DNA of 64,000 bases from an uncultured bacterium (GTDB lineage: Bacteria; Krumholzibacteriota; Krumholzibacteriia; LZORAL124-64-63): contig CAVSZB010000007.1 in the NCBI GenBank assembly GCA_963732385.1, positions 512,001-576,000 on the forward strand. The letters run 5' to 3'. The position numbers and the translations under genes were made by a program. Positions 29,279-40,784 of the stretch are shown here, piece after piece. Under the pieces are notes generated by a model. That model was given only the letters and a program-made list of their open reading frames with translations. It had not been told where the DNA came from and searched no databases. Each line of letters opens with the position of its first letter. Positions within the stretch are counted from its first letter, which is position 1.

Positions 29279-32145
29279 CCGTGCGCCTCGGCCCAGTTGA
29301 CCCCCTGGTGCACCTCCACCGTGAGCGGCACCGTCAGCTCCCAGACCGATTCCATGCAGTCGCGCATCAGCCGGGCCACCGCCTCCGCTTCCGCGACCGG
29401 CGCCTCGACCAGCAGTTCGTCGTGCACCTGCAGCAGGAGCCGGCTCGCCAGGCGGCGTGACCGCAACTCGCGATCGAGCCGGATCATCGCCAGCTTGATC
29501 AGGTCCGCGGCCGTGCCCTGGATCGGCGTATTGACGGCCATCCGCTCCGCCATGCTGCGCTGACGATCGTGGGGAGAGGTGATGTCCGGCAGGCGGCGGC
29601 GCCGGCCAAGCAGGGTGGCCACATATCCGTCGCTCCGGGCCGCGACGCGAGTCGCTTCGAGCCAGACGCGCACGTCGGGATAAGTGCCGAAATAGCCCTC
29701 GATGAACTGCGCCGCCTCGCGCGTGGTGACCCCGGTCTGCCTCGCCAAAGCCCGCGCGCCCATGCCGTAGATCACGCCGAAATTGATCGCCTTGGCGCGC
29801 CGGCGCATTTCGCCGCTGACCTCGGACTCGGACACTCCGGCGATCAGCGCCGCCGTCCGCCGGTGCACGTCACCCCCCTCCCGGAAGGCCGCGGTGAGCG
29901 CGGCGTCCCGGGAAAAATGGGCGAGCAGACGTAATTCGATCTGGGAATAGTCGGCCGAAATGAACACGTGGCCCGGTGCACGGGGCACGAATGCACGCCG
30001 GATCATGCGCCCCAGTTCCGTGCGGATCGGGATGTTCTGCAGATTCGGATCGGAGGAGGAGAGTCGCCCCGTGGCCGCCACGGCCTGATGGTAGGAGGTG
30101 TGCACCAGCCCCGTCGCGGGATCGGCCAGCGCCGGCAGGCTCTCCACGTAAGTGCCCTGGAGCTTGGCCAGTTGCCGGAATTCGAGCACCAGACCCGGCA
30201 AAGGGTGCAACTCCGCCAGTTCGGTCAGTACTCCGACATCAGTGCTGAAGCCGGTTGCGGTGCGGCGGGTCGGCTTGAGCCCAAGCTTGTCGAACAGGAC
30301 GCGGGCGAGTTGCTGCGGACTGTTCACGTTGAACGGTTCGCCTGCGGCCGCGGCGATGCTGACCTCCAGAGCGCCCATCTCCTCGGCAAAACGGGCGCGC
30401 AGCACGCCGAGAAACGCGATGTCGACCCTGATCCCGTTGCGTTCCATCCGTAACAGAACCTCGAGCAGGGGCATCTCCACGTCCCGGAACAGCCGCTCGA
30501 GGGCAGGCTCGGCGGCCAGCGCCGGCGCGAACCGGTCGTGCAGACGCAGCGTCGCCTCCGCGTCCTCCGCGGCGTAGAGCGCGAGCCGCGCACGCGGCAC
30601 GGCGAGAATGTCGCGCTGCCGATCGCCCGGGGCGAACAACGCCGCGTAAGGCATCAGCGATTCTCCGAGTTGCGCGCGGGCCAGATCGTCGAGACCGAGC
30701 CCCGGACGCCCCGCCTCGAGAACCCAGGCCGCCACCATGGTGTCGAAGCAGTTCCCGCCCAGCCCCAGACCGTGCCGCGCCAGCAGCCAGGCGTCGAACT
30801 TCAGGTTCTGCCCGATCTTCAGGCGGGCCGGGTCGGCCAGCACCGGCCCCAGCAGGGGGGTGATCCACGGCAGGTTGTTTCGCGGGGGCGAAGGCGCCGC
30901 TGCCGGTGCGAAAAGCGTGCCTTCGACCGCGGCGACGCCGCCGGTCGGAGCGCCCTCCCCCTCGTCCCGCTCCAGCACCGGCAACCAGGCTGGCGAAGCC
31001 CCCGGGGCGCAGAGCGAGATGCCGACCAGCCGCGCCCGATCGGGACGCAGACCGTCGGTTTCCGTGTCAACGGCGAGAGGGGATCCTTCAGGCAATTTCG
31101 CAAGATAGGCTCGCAATAGTTTGTCATTGCTGAGAATGACGTAACCACGCCGCGCCAGTTCCGCCTCCTCATCCCCCGGCCCCGGCACGCCGCGGGGCGC
31201 CGGAATGGCTGGGGCTGGAGACACCGGCACGATCAGCGCTTCGGCAGGAACCGCGGCCGGCGCCAGGCCGCCGCGCGCCATCCGCTCCACGAGCGCGAGC
31301 AGCTGGCGCAGGCCGAGTCCGCGCATGAGCTCCCTGGCCGCCTCGCCCTCAGGCAGACGCACGCGCATCGCCTCCCAGTCGGGCAAGACCGGTGCATCGC
31401 AATCGATCGTGAACAGTTCGCGCGACAGATAGACCTGCTCCCGGTGCTCGCCCAGGATCCGGCGCAGGCGCGGAGTGAGGAAAGCATCCTCGATACGATC
31501 GTACAGCTCGTCCAGACCACCGAAATGCTGGATGAGCTGCAACGCCGTCTTCTCGCCGATGCCGGGGGCCCCCGGGATGTTGTCGCTGGCGTCGCCGGAC
31601 AGTGCGAAGACATCGATGAGTTGCCGTGGTTCGAGCCCGAAGTCCCGGCGCACGGTGTCCGGGGTGAGTTCGGTCACCTCGTCGCCGCGTCGCCCCGGCT
31701 TGAGCTGGCCGGTGCGGGCATCGAGCAGTTGCAGGAAATCCTTGTCGCCGGTGTAGAACCAGACGTGGCGGCAGACGTTCGCCGAGCGGCGGGCCAACGT
31801 CGCCATGACATCGTCCCCTTCCCAGCCCGCCAGCTCGCACACCCCCACCCCCCACGCGGCGATCAATTCGCGCAGGCGCGGCAACTGCGCCGCCAGCTCC
31901 TCCGGCATCGGCTTGCGCGTCGCCTTGTAAGCGGCGTACCGCCGGTGCCGGAACGTCGGCACCGGCAGATCGAAGACGATGCCCAGATGCGTGGGCCGCC
32001 TGGTCTCGACCAGCCGCAGGACGCTGTTGAGAAAACCGAAGCAGACCGACACGGTCTCGCCGCCGGGCGCGGTGAGCGGACGGCCCGCGAACGCGAAGTG
32101 CGCACGGTAGACCAGCGCCGAACCGTCGACGAGGATCAGGGACAT
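29275..32145 (-). CDS. polA: DNA polymerase I
   Basis: 5'-3' exonuclease (LVDGSALVYRAHFA, GDASDNIPG), 3'-5' exonuclease (VDTET, YAAEDA), polymerase motifs (ADYSQIELR, AKAINFGVIYG, LQVHDEL). Confidence 0.97.
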   Translation of the reverse strand: MSLILVDGSALVYRAHFAFAGRPLTAPGGETVSVCFGFLNSVLRLVETRRPTHLGIVFDLPVPTFRHRRYAAYKATRKPMPEELAAQLPRLRELIAAWGVGVCELAGWEGDDVMATLARRSANVCRHVWFYTGDKDFLQLLDARTGQLKPGRRGDEVTELTPDTVRRDFGLEPRQLIDVFALSGDASDNIPGAPGIGEKTALQLIQHFGGLDELYDRIEDAFLTPRLRRILGEHREQVYLSRELFTIDCDAPVLPDWEAMRVRLPEGEAARELMRGLGLRQLLALVERMARGGLAPAAVPAEALIVPVSPAPAIPAPRGVPGPGDEEAELARRGYVILSNDKLLRAYLAKLPEGSPLAVDTETDGLRPDRARLVGISLCAPGASPAWLPVLERDEGEGAPTGGVAAVEGTLFAPAAAPSPPRNNLPWITPLLGPVLADPARLKIGQNLKFDAWLLARHGLGLGGNCFDTMVAAWVLEAGRPGLGLDDLARAQLGESLMPYAALFAPGDRQRDILAVPRARLALYAAEDAEATLRLHDRFAPALAAEPALERLFRDVEMPLLEVLLRMERNGIRVDIAFLGVLRARFAEEMGALEVSIAAAAGEPFNVNSPQQLARVLFDKLGLKPTRRTATGFSTDVGVLTELAELHPLPGLVLEFRQLAKLQGTYVESLPALADPATGLVHTSYHQAVAATGRLSSSDPNLQNIPIRTELGRMIRRAFVPRAPGHVFISADYSQIELRLLAHFSRDAALTAAFREGGDVHRRTAALIAGVSESEVSGEMRRRAKAINFGVIYGMGARALARQTGVTTREAAQFIEGYFGTYPDVRVWLEATRVAARSDGYVATLLGRRRRLPDITSPHDRQRSMAERMAVNTPIQGTAADLIKLAMIRLDRELRSRRLASRLLLQVHDELLVEAPVAEAEAVARLMRDCMESVWELTVPLTVEVHQGVNWAEAHG

Positions 32146-32750
32146 GGCCCCCCCCCGTCGCTCCCGTCCGCCGGCGCGCCGCCGTACAGTCCATGCCGCT
32201 CGATGTACGCCAGCACCGTCGGCGGCAGGAGTCCCGCCGGACGACGCCCCGCCGCCAGCGCCGCGCGGACTTCCGTGGAGGCGGCGGGGCAGGCGAAGCC
32301 GGCAACGATCGTCGCGCGGGGGCGCAACTCCGCCGCCAGCACGACTGCGGCGTCGCCTCGCGGGAAGACCAGCAGATCGGCAAGCTGAAGCAGGCGCTCC
32401 GGCTGCCGCCAGCGGTGGAACTCCTCCAGGTTATCGGCGCCGATGAGCAGCCGCCATACCTCGCCGGGGTACTGTTCGGTCAGCGATTCAAGCGTTTCAA
32501 CGGTGAAGCTCGGGCCGGACCGTTTCGCCTCGAAATCCGACACCTCGACCGCCGCGAGTCCGGCCACTCCCAGTTCGGCCATGCGCAGGCGGTGCTCGCC
32601 CGCGGCGGCCGGCGACGACTTGTGCGGATTGTGCCCCGCGGGCATGACCATGACCAGGTCCGCCAGGCCACGCTGGAGGGTCGCGCGGATCATCGCGAGG
32701 TGCCCGTCATGGAACGGGTCGAAGGAACCGCCGAACAGGGCCCGTCTCAT
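32136..32750 (-). CDS. nadD: Nicotinate-nucleotide adenylyltransferase
   Basis: FGGSFDPFHDGH, NPHK, IGADN, ASTEVR and YIERHGLY motifs. Confidence 0.95.
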   Translation of the reverse strand: MRRALFGGSFDPFHDGHLAMIRATLQRGLADLVMVMPAGHNPHKSSPAAAGEHRLRMAELGVAGLAAVEVSDFEAKRSGPSFTVETLESLTEQYPGEVWRLLIGADNLEEFHRWRQPERLLQLADLLVFPRGDAAVVLAAELRPRATIVAGFACPAASTEVRAALAAGRRPAGLLPPTVLAYIERHGLYGGAPADGSDGGGPCP

Positions 32751-33523
32751 GACCCTTCGCGCGGGAGGCGCGCCAGCGCTCGCTGCGCTGCGGCCGCCTC
32801 AGGGCTGTCGGGGTGGTCAGCGACAAGGCGCTGCCAGGCCACCTTCGCGTCCTCAGGTCGCTTCGCCCGAAGAGCCACCTCGGCCCGGCGCAGCAGCAGT
32901 CGGGGTCGCAGGCGCCCCTCCTTCTCCTGTGCCAGTACGGTGTCGAGCACCACGCCCGCCGCGAGCGGCTGACCGAGTTGCACGTACACCTCGGCTTCGC
33001 CCAGCTTCTTCTGCAATTCCAGATCGCTGATGCGCACCAGGTAGTCCCGGGCCTCGGGCGCACGGGGATCCTCCGGCCAGTCGGCCAGGAAGCGCCGGAA
33101 CCGGCTCCTCGCCTCGAGGGCCGGCGCGATATCACGTTCCATGCGCCCTACCTGCCTGTACAGCGCCACCCCCTCCAGGAACCATGACTCGCTCACGAAT
33201 TCGCTGGTCGGATACTCCTGCCGCAGAATCTGCAGTTCCACGGCCGCGAGGGGGTACTCCTTGAGTTTCATCAACGCCAGCGTCTTCAGCCGCTGCGCGG
33301 GTGCAGCGAGCGAATCGCCCGGGCTGCGCCGGAGAAACTGCTCGATCGTCGTCAAGGCCTCGCGATCGTGACCCCGCTCGTGATCGAAAAGGGCCCGCTC
33401 GTAGGTGGCGGAGGGGAGGCGATTGGAACCGGCGCACCCCCCCATGGCAAGCGCCGTCAAGGCCAGGGCAAGACCCGCGCACGCCGCGACGAACCGCGAA
33501 CAGGAATGTGATGCAGCAACCAA
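32747..33523 (-). CDS. bamD: Outer membrane assembly lipoprotein BamD
   Basis: Lipobox-like MGGC, TPR helices, RQEYPTS, RDIAPALEA...FLADWP pattern; TTG 33523 after GGGAGG. Confidence 0.75.
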   Translation of the reverse strand: MVAASHSCSRFVAACAGLALALTALAMGGCAGSNRLPSATYERALFDHERGHDREALTTIEQFLRRSPGDSLAAPAQRLKTLALMKLKEYPLAAVELQILRQEYPTSEFVSESWFLEGVALYRQVGRMERDIAPALEARSRFRRFLADWPEDPRAPEARDYLVRISDLELQKKLGEAEVYVQLGQPLAAGVVLDTVLAQEKEGRLRPRLLLRRAEVALRAKRPEDAKVAWQRLVADHPDSPEAAAAQRALARLPREGS

Positions 33524-33554
33524 CGTGACCTCCCGCCGCGCCGGCAGAGCCGGC

Positions 33555-34316
33555 TCAGCTGCCCGTGTTCGCGAAATAGAGCGCCACAAGTCCGGCCAAC
33601 GTGCCGAGCACGACCGTCTGCTCGACCCGCCGCCGCCAACCCACCTCCGCGACCTCGGCATCGGTGAATGTGTACGCGGAGGAACGCACGTCGTCCAAAC
33701 GATTGGCAGGCACACGATCGCCGTAGGCCCGGGTCACGCGCTCGTCGTAGAGCATCCGCCCGGTGTCGCGATCCAGGATCGTCACCAGCACGGTGACGCT
33801 CAACTCGCGGTCGACCCACTGCCGCCACAGGCCGAAGCGTCGTCCGACGCGTGGATAGACGAGCGCGATCTCCTCGCACGACAGGCGCAGTTCACTGCTG
33901 CCCGCTGGCAGACGCGAAGTGGGCGCCGACTTGCCCGCGATGTCCCGCTCATCGAGATAGATCGTGTAGCCCCGCGGCTTGAGCAGGTCCTCGACGGCAC
34001 CGATAAGGAGGGCATTGCCAGGCGCCTTGACCAGCGGCCGCACCACGACGTCGCCGGGAGCCGGGGGCAGCGCCGCCGCGATCTCCGCCACGACCTCAGC
34101 CAGCACCGCCTGCGCCAGCCACACGTTCGTGCGAACGGTATCGAACACGCCGACGCCAGGCAGGCGCGGCGTCGGCGCGCGCACCTGCGCCGTATCGCCG
34201 CCGGCGATCGCCGCGGCGCTGCACGGCCTGGCGAGCGGAAGCCACGCCAAGCCGGCCACCGCCAACACGGCCGCCAGGACCAGACCGCGCGCCACCCGCG
34301 TCAAACCGGCTCGCAT
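33555..34316 (-). CDS. Hypothetical exported protein with C-terminal membrane anchor
   Basis: Signal-like N-terminus, alpha/beta core, hydrophobic C-terminus (VVLGTLAGLVALYF); GGAGG RBS; fills the rimO-bamD gap. Confidence 0.7.
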   Translation of the reverse strand: MRAGLTRVARGLVLAAVLAVAGLAWLPLARPCSAAAIAGGDTAQVRAPTPRLPGVGVFDTVRTNVWLAQAVLAEVVAEIAAALPPAPGDVVVRPLVKAPGNALLIGAVEDLLKPRGYTIYLDERDIAGKSAPTSRLPAGSSELRLSCEEIALVYPRVGRRFGLWRQWVDRELSVTVLVTILDRDTGRMLYDERVTRAYGDRVPANRLDDVRSSAYTFTDAEVAEVGWRRRVEQTVVLGTLAGLVALYFANTGS

Positions 34317-35758
34317 GCCGCACCGCCTCCGTTCAGGTTCCCGTCCGGACTCGCCACCGCGAGCGCGTCCCAGGGCGTGACCGCGACGAGGTCCGCCGTC
34401 AACCATTCGCCGGGGTGGCGTCCTCTGCCATCCAGCAGAACCACGCCGTCCAGGTCATAGCCGAAATGCACCGTGCGCGCCAGGGCCACCGGGCCCGCCG
34501 CGTCGCCAACAACATCAACCCGTGTCCGGTTCCAGCCCGGTGCCCACTCCCCCTCGCGCAGCGCGTCGATCGTCTCGGCCACGTCGACCCCCGGCACCAC
34601 CGCATCGACGACGGCTAAGTACGTTCCCCCCAGCCGGCGCCGCTGCCGCCGCAGCGCCACCTCCGCCTGCAGATCGAGCAGACGCGCTTCGCGGTCCGCC
34701 ACCTCTTCATCCGGCACCCGATCCGGCAGCGCGGCCGCCGGGGTGCCCGGCTCGGGAGAATAGCGGTAGGTGCCGAGATGGTCAAACTCGACGCGGGCGA
34801 GGAAATCAGCCAGCAGCTCCACATCTTCTTCCGTCTCCCCGGGGAAACCGAGCAGGACGGTGGTGCGCAGGACAAGCTCCGGCAACTCCGCCCGCAGGGA
34901 GAGGAAGAACTCGGCCATCGCCTCCGCGTCCGGCGGACGACGCATGGCGCGCAACACCGCCGGCGACGCGTGCTGGATCGGCAGATCCAGGTACGGAACC
35001 ACCTTCGGCAGCGACAGCAGGCGCCGGACAGCCGCCAGCGACAGGTGTCCGGGGTACAGGTAGAGCAGCCGGATCCGGCGCAGATCCGGCACCCCGCTCA
35101 GGTCCGTCACCAGCGCGACCAGATCACTGCCGAGGTCACGCCCCCAGTCACTGGTGTTCTGGCTGACCAGTTGGATCTCACGCACGCCGCGCGCGGCCAG
35201 TGCGGCCGTTTCGGCCAGAATATCGATCGCGGGCCGGCTGCGCAGGGGACCGCGGATGCGGGGTATCCGGCAGTAGGAACAGGCGCAGCCGCACCCCTCG
35301 CCGATCTTCACGAACGCCACGTGGGCCGGCGTCAGCAGCGGCCGGTCGGCGAAGCCGTCGTAGCGGGCGGCCTCCGGCGCTCCGACCAGCGGTCCGGAGG
35401 CACCGTCGAGAGCGGCGTCCACGACCACGCCGAAATTCCCGACTCCGGCCACCACATCCACGGCGGGAAAACGCGCCGCGATCTCGGCCGCGTGTTCCTG
35501 GGCCAGACAGCCCATGACGACGAGCGTGCGCCGTCGGCCCTTGACCCCGGCCAGTCCCGCCAGCGCGTCCCAGCTGTCGGCGCGCGACGCGGCGATGAAC
35601 CCGCACGTGTTCAGCACCCAGATGTCCGCCTCGTCCGGCTTCCGGGCGACCGCCACCCCCCGCGCAGCGAAGCGTCCCAGCACCGCCTCGGAATCGACCA
35701 GATTCTTGTCGCAGCCGAGCGTGTGGACCCAGACGCTGCGAACGCGCGTGGGGATCAC
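34301..35758 (-). CDS. rimO: Ribosomal protein S12 methylthiotransferase
   Basis: LGCDKNLVDSE, NTCGFI, radical-SAM KIGEGCGCACSYCRIP, YLDLPIQH and GFPGET motifs. Confidence 0.93.
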   Translation of the reverse strand: MIPTRVRSVWVHTLGCDKNLVDSEAVLGRFAARGVAVARKPDEADIWVLNTCGFIAASRADSWDALAGLAGVKGRRRTLVVMGCLAQEHAAEIAARFPAVDVVAGVGNFGVVVDAALDGASGPLVGAPEAARYDGFADRPLLTPAHVAFVKIGEGCGCACSYCRIPRIRGPLRSRPAIDILAETAALAARGVREIQLVSQNTSDWGRDLGSDLVALVTDLSGVPDLRRIRLLYLYPGHLSLAAVRRLLSLPKVVPYLDLPIQHASPAVLRAMRRPPDAEAMAEFFLSLRAELPELVLRTTVLLGFPGETEEDVELLADFLARVEFDHLGTYRYSPEPGTPAAALPDRVPDEEVADREARLLDLQAEVALRRQRRRLGGTYLAVVDAVVPGVDVAETIDALREGEWAPGWNRTRVDVVGDAAGPVALARTVHFGYDLDGVVLLDGRGRHPGEWLTADLVAVTPWDALAVASPDGNLNGGGAACEPV

Positions 35759-38086
35759 TCCCCCTCCTCCTGCGCCAGCGGATCGACCGTCTCCCCCAGG
35801 TCATCCGGCCGCAGCAGCACGTCGCGCGCCTTGCTGCCGGTGAACGGCCCGACGATCCCCGCCTCCTCGAGCATGTCCATCAGTCGACCCGCCCGGGTGT
35901 ATCCGACGCGCAAACGCCGCTGCAGTAGCGAGGTGGAACCGCTCTGGTGGAGCACCACCACCCGCTTCGCGGCTTCGAACAGATCGTCCTCGCCCCGTAC
36001 GTCGGAATCGCCCCCCTCGCGCTCCTCGGCCAGCTGGACCGGTCGCGTGAGGTCGGCGAAACGACGCCAATGCGTCACGATCGCTTCGCACTCCTCGAGT
36101 TCCAGGAACGCGCCGTGGACCCGCACCGGGAGAGCGCGCCCAGGCTGGAGATACAGCATGTCTCCGTGCCCAAGCAGACGTTCGGCGCCGTTGAGATCGA
36201 GAATGGTACGCGAGTCGTTCTTCTGGATGACGCGGAAGGCGATGCGACAGGGGATGTTCGCCTTGATAACACCGGTCAGCACATCCACGGAGGGGCGCTG
36301 CGTGGCCAGGATCAGATGAATGCCGACCGCCCGCGCCTTCTGCGCGAGCCGGGTGATCGGCAGTTCGAAGTCCTGGCCGAGCTGCATCATCAGGTCCGCC
36401 AGTTCATCGACGATGGTCAGGTAGTAGGGCATCGGCTCAGTGACCGTCTCCCCTTCCTCGGTCACGATCTCGCCCCGCGCCACCTTCGTATTGTAGCCCT
36501 CGATGTTGCGCACACTATGTCGCGCCAGCCGCCGATAGCGATGGTCCATCTGGGCTTCCATCCACTTCAGCGCCCGCAGGGCCTCCCGGGGATCGGTCAC
36601 GACCGGCAGCAGCAGGTGGGGAATCCCGTTGTAGACGCTCATCTCGAGCATCTTCGGGTCGATCAGCACCAACCGCACGCGTGAAGGATCGTTGCGCAGG
36701 AGCAGATTGCAGATGATCGCGTTGAGGCAGACGCTCTTGCCGCTGCCGGTCGAACCGGCCACGAGCAGGTGCGGCTGCGCCGCGAGATCGATCACCACCG
36801 GCTGGCCGACGACGTCCTTGCCCAACACCACAGAGAGCGGCGTGTTGAGGCGCTCGCCCGCACCGACCAGAACCTCCTTGAGCCGCACGATCTGCGCCTG
36901 GGGATTGGGAATTTCGATGCCGACGGCGGCCTTGCCCGGAATCGGCGCCTCCATGCGGATCGAGCGTGCGCGCATGGCCAGCGCCAGATCGTCGGCGCGC
37001 TGGACGATCTGCGTCACCTTGATGCCGGCCGCCGGCTGGTACTCGAAGGTCGTCACGACCGGCCCGGGCCGGACGTCCTTGACCTCCCCCTCCACGCCAA
37101 ACGAGCGCAACGTCCCCTCGAGCAGGTCGGCGGCACCATTGAGCGCGGCCGGATCAATCCGTACGCTCTCGGGGGTGGCGTCTTGCAGCAGCCCCAGGTC
37201 CGGCAGGGGAACCGGTCCACCGCCCCCCGCGCCCTGCGGCTCCAGTTCCGGCCACTCCGGGTCGCCGTTCTCCACGACGTTCCGCGCTGCCACCGCGCCG
37301 ACCGGCAGGGCGCCGCTCGGGTCGTCCGACACGCCCGCGTCGACATGCACCTGCCGACGACGTTTCGGCACCGCATCACCCGGGCCGTCAACTCTCCGTG
37401 CCGCAGCCGGCGTCGCCGCCGGCGATGCCGGGATGCGTACGGAACTGCCGCGCACCTCCCGCACCGCCCGCGCCGCCAACTGCCACACCCCGCGCGGGAT
37501 CGCCGCGAATCGACGGCCCACAAACGCCAGACCGGCGCCGATGACCGGTCCCAAGCGCAACCCGAGCGGCTCCCAGACCGGCCACAATGCCCAACTGAGA
37601 CCGGCCAGCGCGAGCAGGGAGAGAAATATGCCGGCGCCGTAGGGTCCGAACAGCGCGGCAAAGCCACGCCCCAGCAGCCAGCCCGGGACACCGCCCCAAT
37701 CGGCCGCGGCCGGCGAAGCGAATGGCCCCGCCGGCTGCGCCAGCCAGGCGACAGTGGCGAGCCAGGCCGGCCACCAGCGCCGCACCAAACGTCGCGCCAA
37801 TCCATGTCCGGAAGCGAGCCGTACCGTTCCGGAAAATGTCAGCAGCAGAGGCACGCCCCACTGCCAGAGCGCACCAGCGAACGCACGCAAAGCAGTCCCA
37901 ACCGCAGCCCCTACCGGCCCGCCCGGGTGCCCAAGCACCAGCAGCGGCCCCTCCTGAGCGCCGCGCCACAGGTCCAGCCAACGAGCCGCCGGGCCGGTCA
38001 GGCAGAGAAAAAGGTACAGGCCAAACGCCAACTGGAGCAGCCCCGTCAGACGCAGGGCTTCCCGCCAGCCGCGCCCGCGCCGCGGG

Positions 38087-38115
<29 letters not shown>
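35755..38115 (-). CDS. ftsK: DNA translocase FtsK
   Basis: N-terminal TM domain, PHLLVAGSTGSGKS, IVDELADLM, ATQRPSVDV, gamma domain (SLLQRRLRVGYTRAGR). Start uncertain. Confidence 0.95.
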
Positions 38116-39469
<1,354 letters not shown>

Positions 39470-39529
39470 GGGATGCTCTCCGTGGTGCCCGCGCGGGCCG
39501 CCCCGGCGGGGCGCGTTCCCGTGCCGCCC

Positions 39530-39558
39530 ATTGTCGCCGCCAGAAGCGGGGATGGCAA
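39530..39558 (-). promoter_or_regulatory. Candidate sigma-70 promoter for accC operon
   Basis: TTGCCA - 17 nt - GACAAT; -35 box lies 1 nt outside the IS left inverted repeat. Confidence 0.55.
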
Positions 39559-39559
39559 G

Positions 39560-39579
39560 CCTTGTGCCGTCGAAATTGT
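39560..39579 (+). repeat. Left terminal inverted repeat
   Basis: CCTTGTGCCGTCGAAATTGT. Confidence 0.88.
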
Positions 39580-39610
39580 CTCTGGCGTCCCCGTTGCACA
39601 GATCCCGTCC

Positions 39611-40717
39611 ATGGACGCCCTCAATCACCCCTCAACCTGTTTCCTCCCGCCCTTCTGTCCCAACCCCAACTGTCTGCACCACAACACCTTGACCTCAGGC
39701 TGGCGCTTCAAGCGCGCCGGCTTCTTCGCCCGTCTCATCGCCCCCCACCGTGTCCAGAGGTTTACATGTCTGCACTGCCACCGCTCCTTCAGTTCACAGA
39801 CCTTCGCCTCCACCTACTGGCTCAAACGTCCCGATCTGCCCCAACTCATCTTCTTGAAGACCGTCGGCGGCATGGCCAACCGTCAGATCGCTCGCGATGT
39901 CCGCGCCGCACCCTCCACCATCGATCGCCTCATCGCCCGCATCGGACGCCACTGCATGCTGTTCCACACCCAGCTCATCGCCGGAGTCCGTCCTCAGGGT
40001 GACCTCGTCCTGGACGGCTTCGAGTCCTACGAGTTCAGCCAGTACCACCCCTTCCACCACCACCTGCTCGCCGAGGCCGACACCAGCTTCTTCTGGTACT
40101 TCTCCGACAGCCCCTTGCGCCGCAAGGGTCGCATGACCGACCAGCAGAAACGCCGCCGCGAACAGCTCGAACTGCGCCTCGGCCGACCCGACCCCAGGGC
40201 GGTCGAGAAGGACGTCCGCCACCTGCTCGAAACCGTCCTGACCCACGAATCGGAGGTGACACTCAGGAGTGACGACCACCGCGCCTATCCGCGGGCCTTC
40301 CGCGGGCTCGACTGCCTGATCCATCACCTCATCACGCCATCAACGCAGCGGCGGGACGCGGACAACCTGCTGTTCGAGATCAACCTGCTCGACCTGATCC
40401 TCCGGCACGCCCAGGCCAACCACAAGCGGGAGACGATCGCAGCGTCGAAGCGGCGGCAGGGCTCGTCGGAGCGGATGGTGATCTTCCTGACCTGGCGCAA
40501 CTACCTGAATTACCGGCGGGAAAAGCGATGTCGACAGACGCCGGCGATGCTCAAGGGGATGCTCGATCGACCGCTGCGAGTGGAGGAGGTGCTGAAAGAA
40601 CGGCTGTTCCGGACCCGGATCAAGTTGCCGCAGAGGTGGGCGGAGTACTATGAACGGCTGGTGATCACGCCGGTACTGGGGCGCAACAGGCGGCATGAAC
40701 TGAAGTATGCGTTCTGA
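39611..40717 (+). CDS. IS1-like transposase (Zn ribbon, HTH, RNase-H-like core)
   Basis: CPNPNC...CLHC, HTH (MANRQIARDVRAAPSTIDR), LDGFES, SDDHRAY, and C-terminal KRETIAASK...NY...TPAM as in IS1-family enzymes. Confidence 0.8.
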   Translation: MDALNHPSTCFLPPFCPNPNCLHHNTLTSGWRFKRAGFFARLIAPHRVQRFTCLHCHRSFSSQTFASTYWLKRPDLPQLIFLKTVGGMANRQIARDVRAAPSTIDRLIARIGRHCMLFHTQLIAGVRPQGDLVLDGFESYEFSQYHPFHHHLLAEADTSFFWYFSDSPLRRKGRMTDQQKRRREQLELRLGRPDPRAVEKDVRHLLETVLTHESEVTLRSDDHRAYPRAFRGLDCLIHHLITPSTQRRDADNLLFEINLLDLILRHAQANHKRETIAASKRRQGSSERMVIFLTWRNYLNYRREKRCRQTPAMLKGMLDRPLRVEEVLKERLFRTRIKLPQRWAEYYERLVITPVLGRNRRHELKYAF

Positions 40718-40762
40718 GCGTGATTCGAAAGTGGCTACATATGCTTATGGCTAAGCTCGGCA

Positions 40763-40782
40763 ACAATCTCGACGGCACAAGG
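40763..40782 (-). repeat. Right terminal inverted repeat
   Basis: Reverse complement reads CCTTGTGCCGTCGAGATTGT (19/20 identical to the left repeat). Confidence 0.88.
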
Positions 40783-40784
40783 GA

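Larger units (their letters stand above)
39560..40782 (+). mobile_element. Insertion sequence, IS1-like, 1223 bp
   Basis: Single transposase-like ORF bounded by 20-bp inverted repeats with 1 mismatch; opposite strand to both neighbours. Confidence 0.85.
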
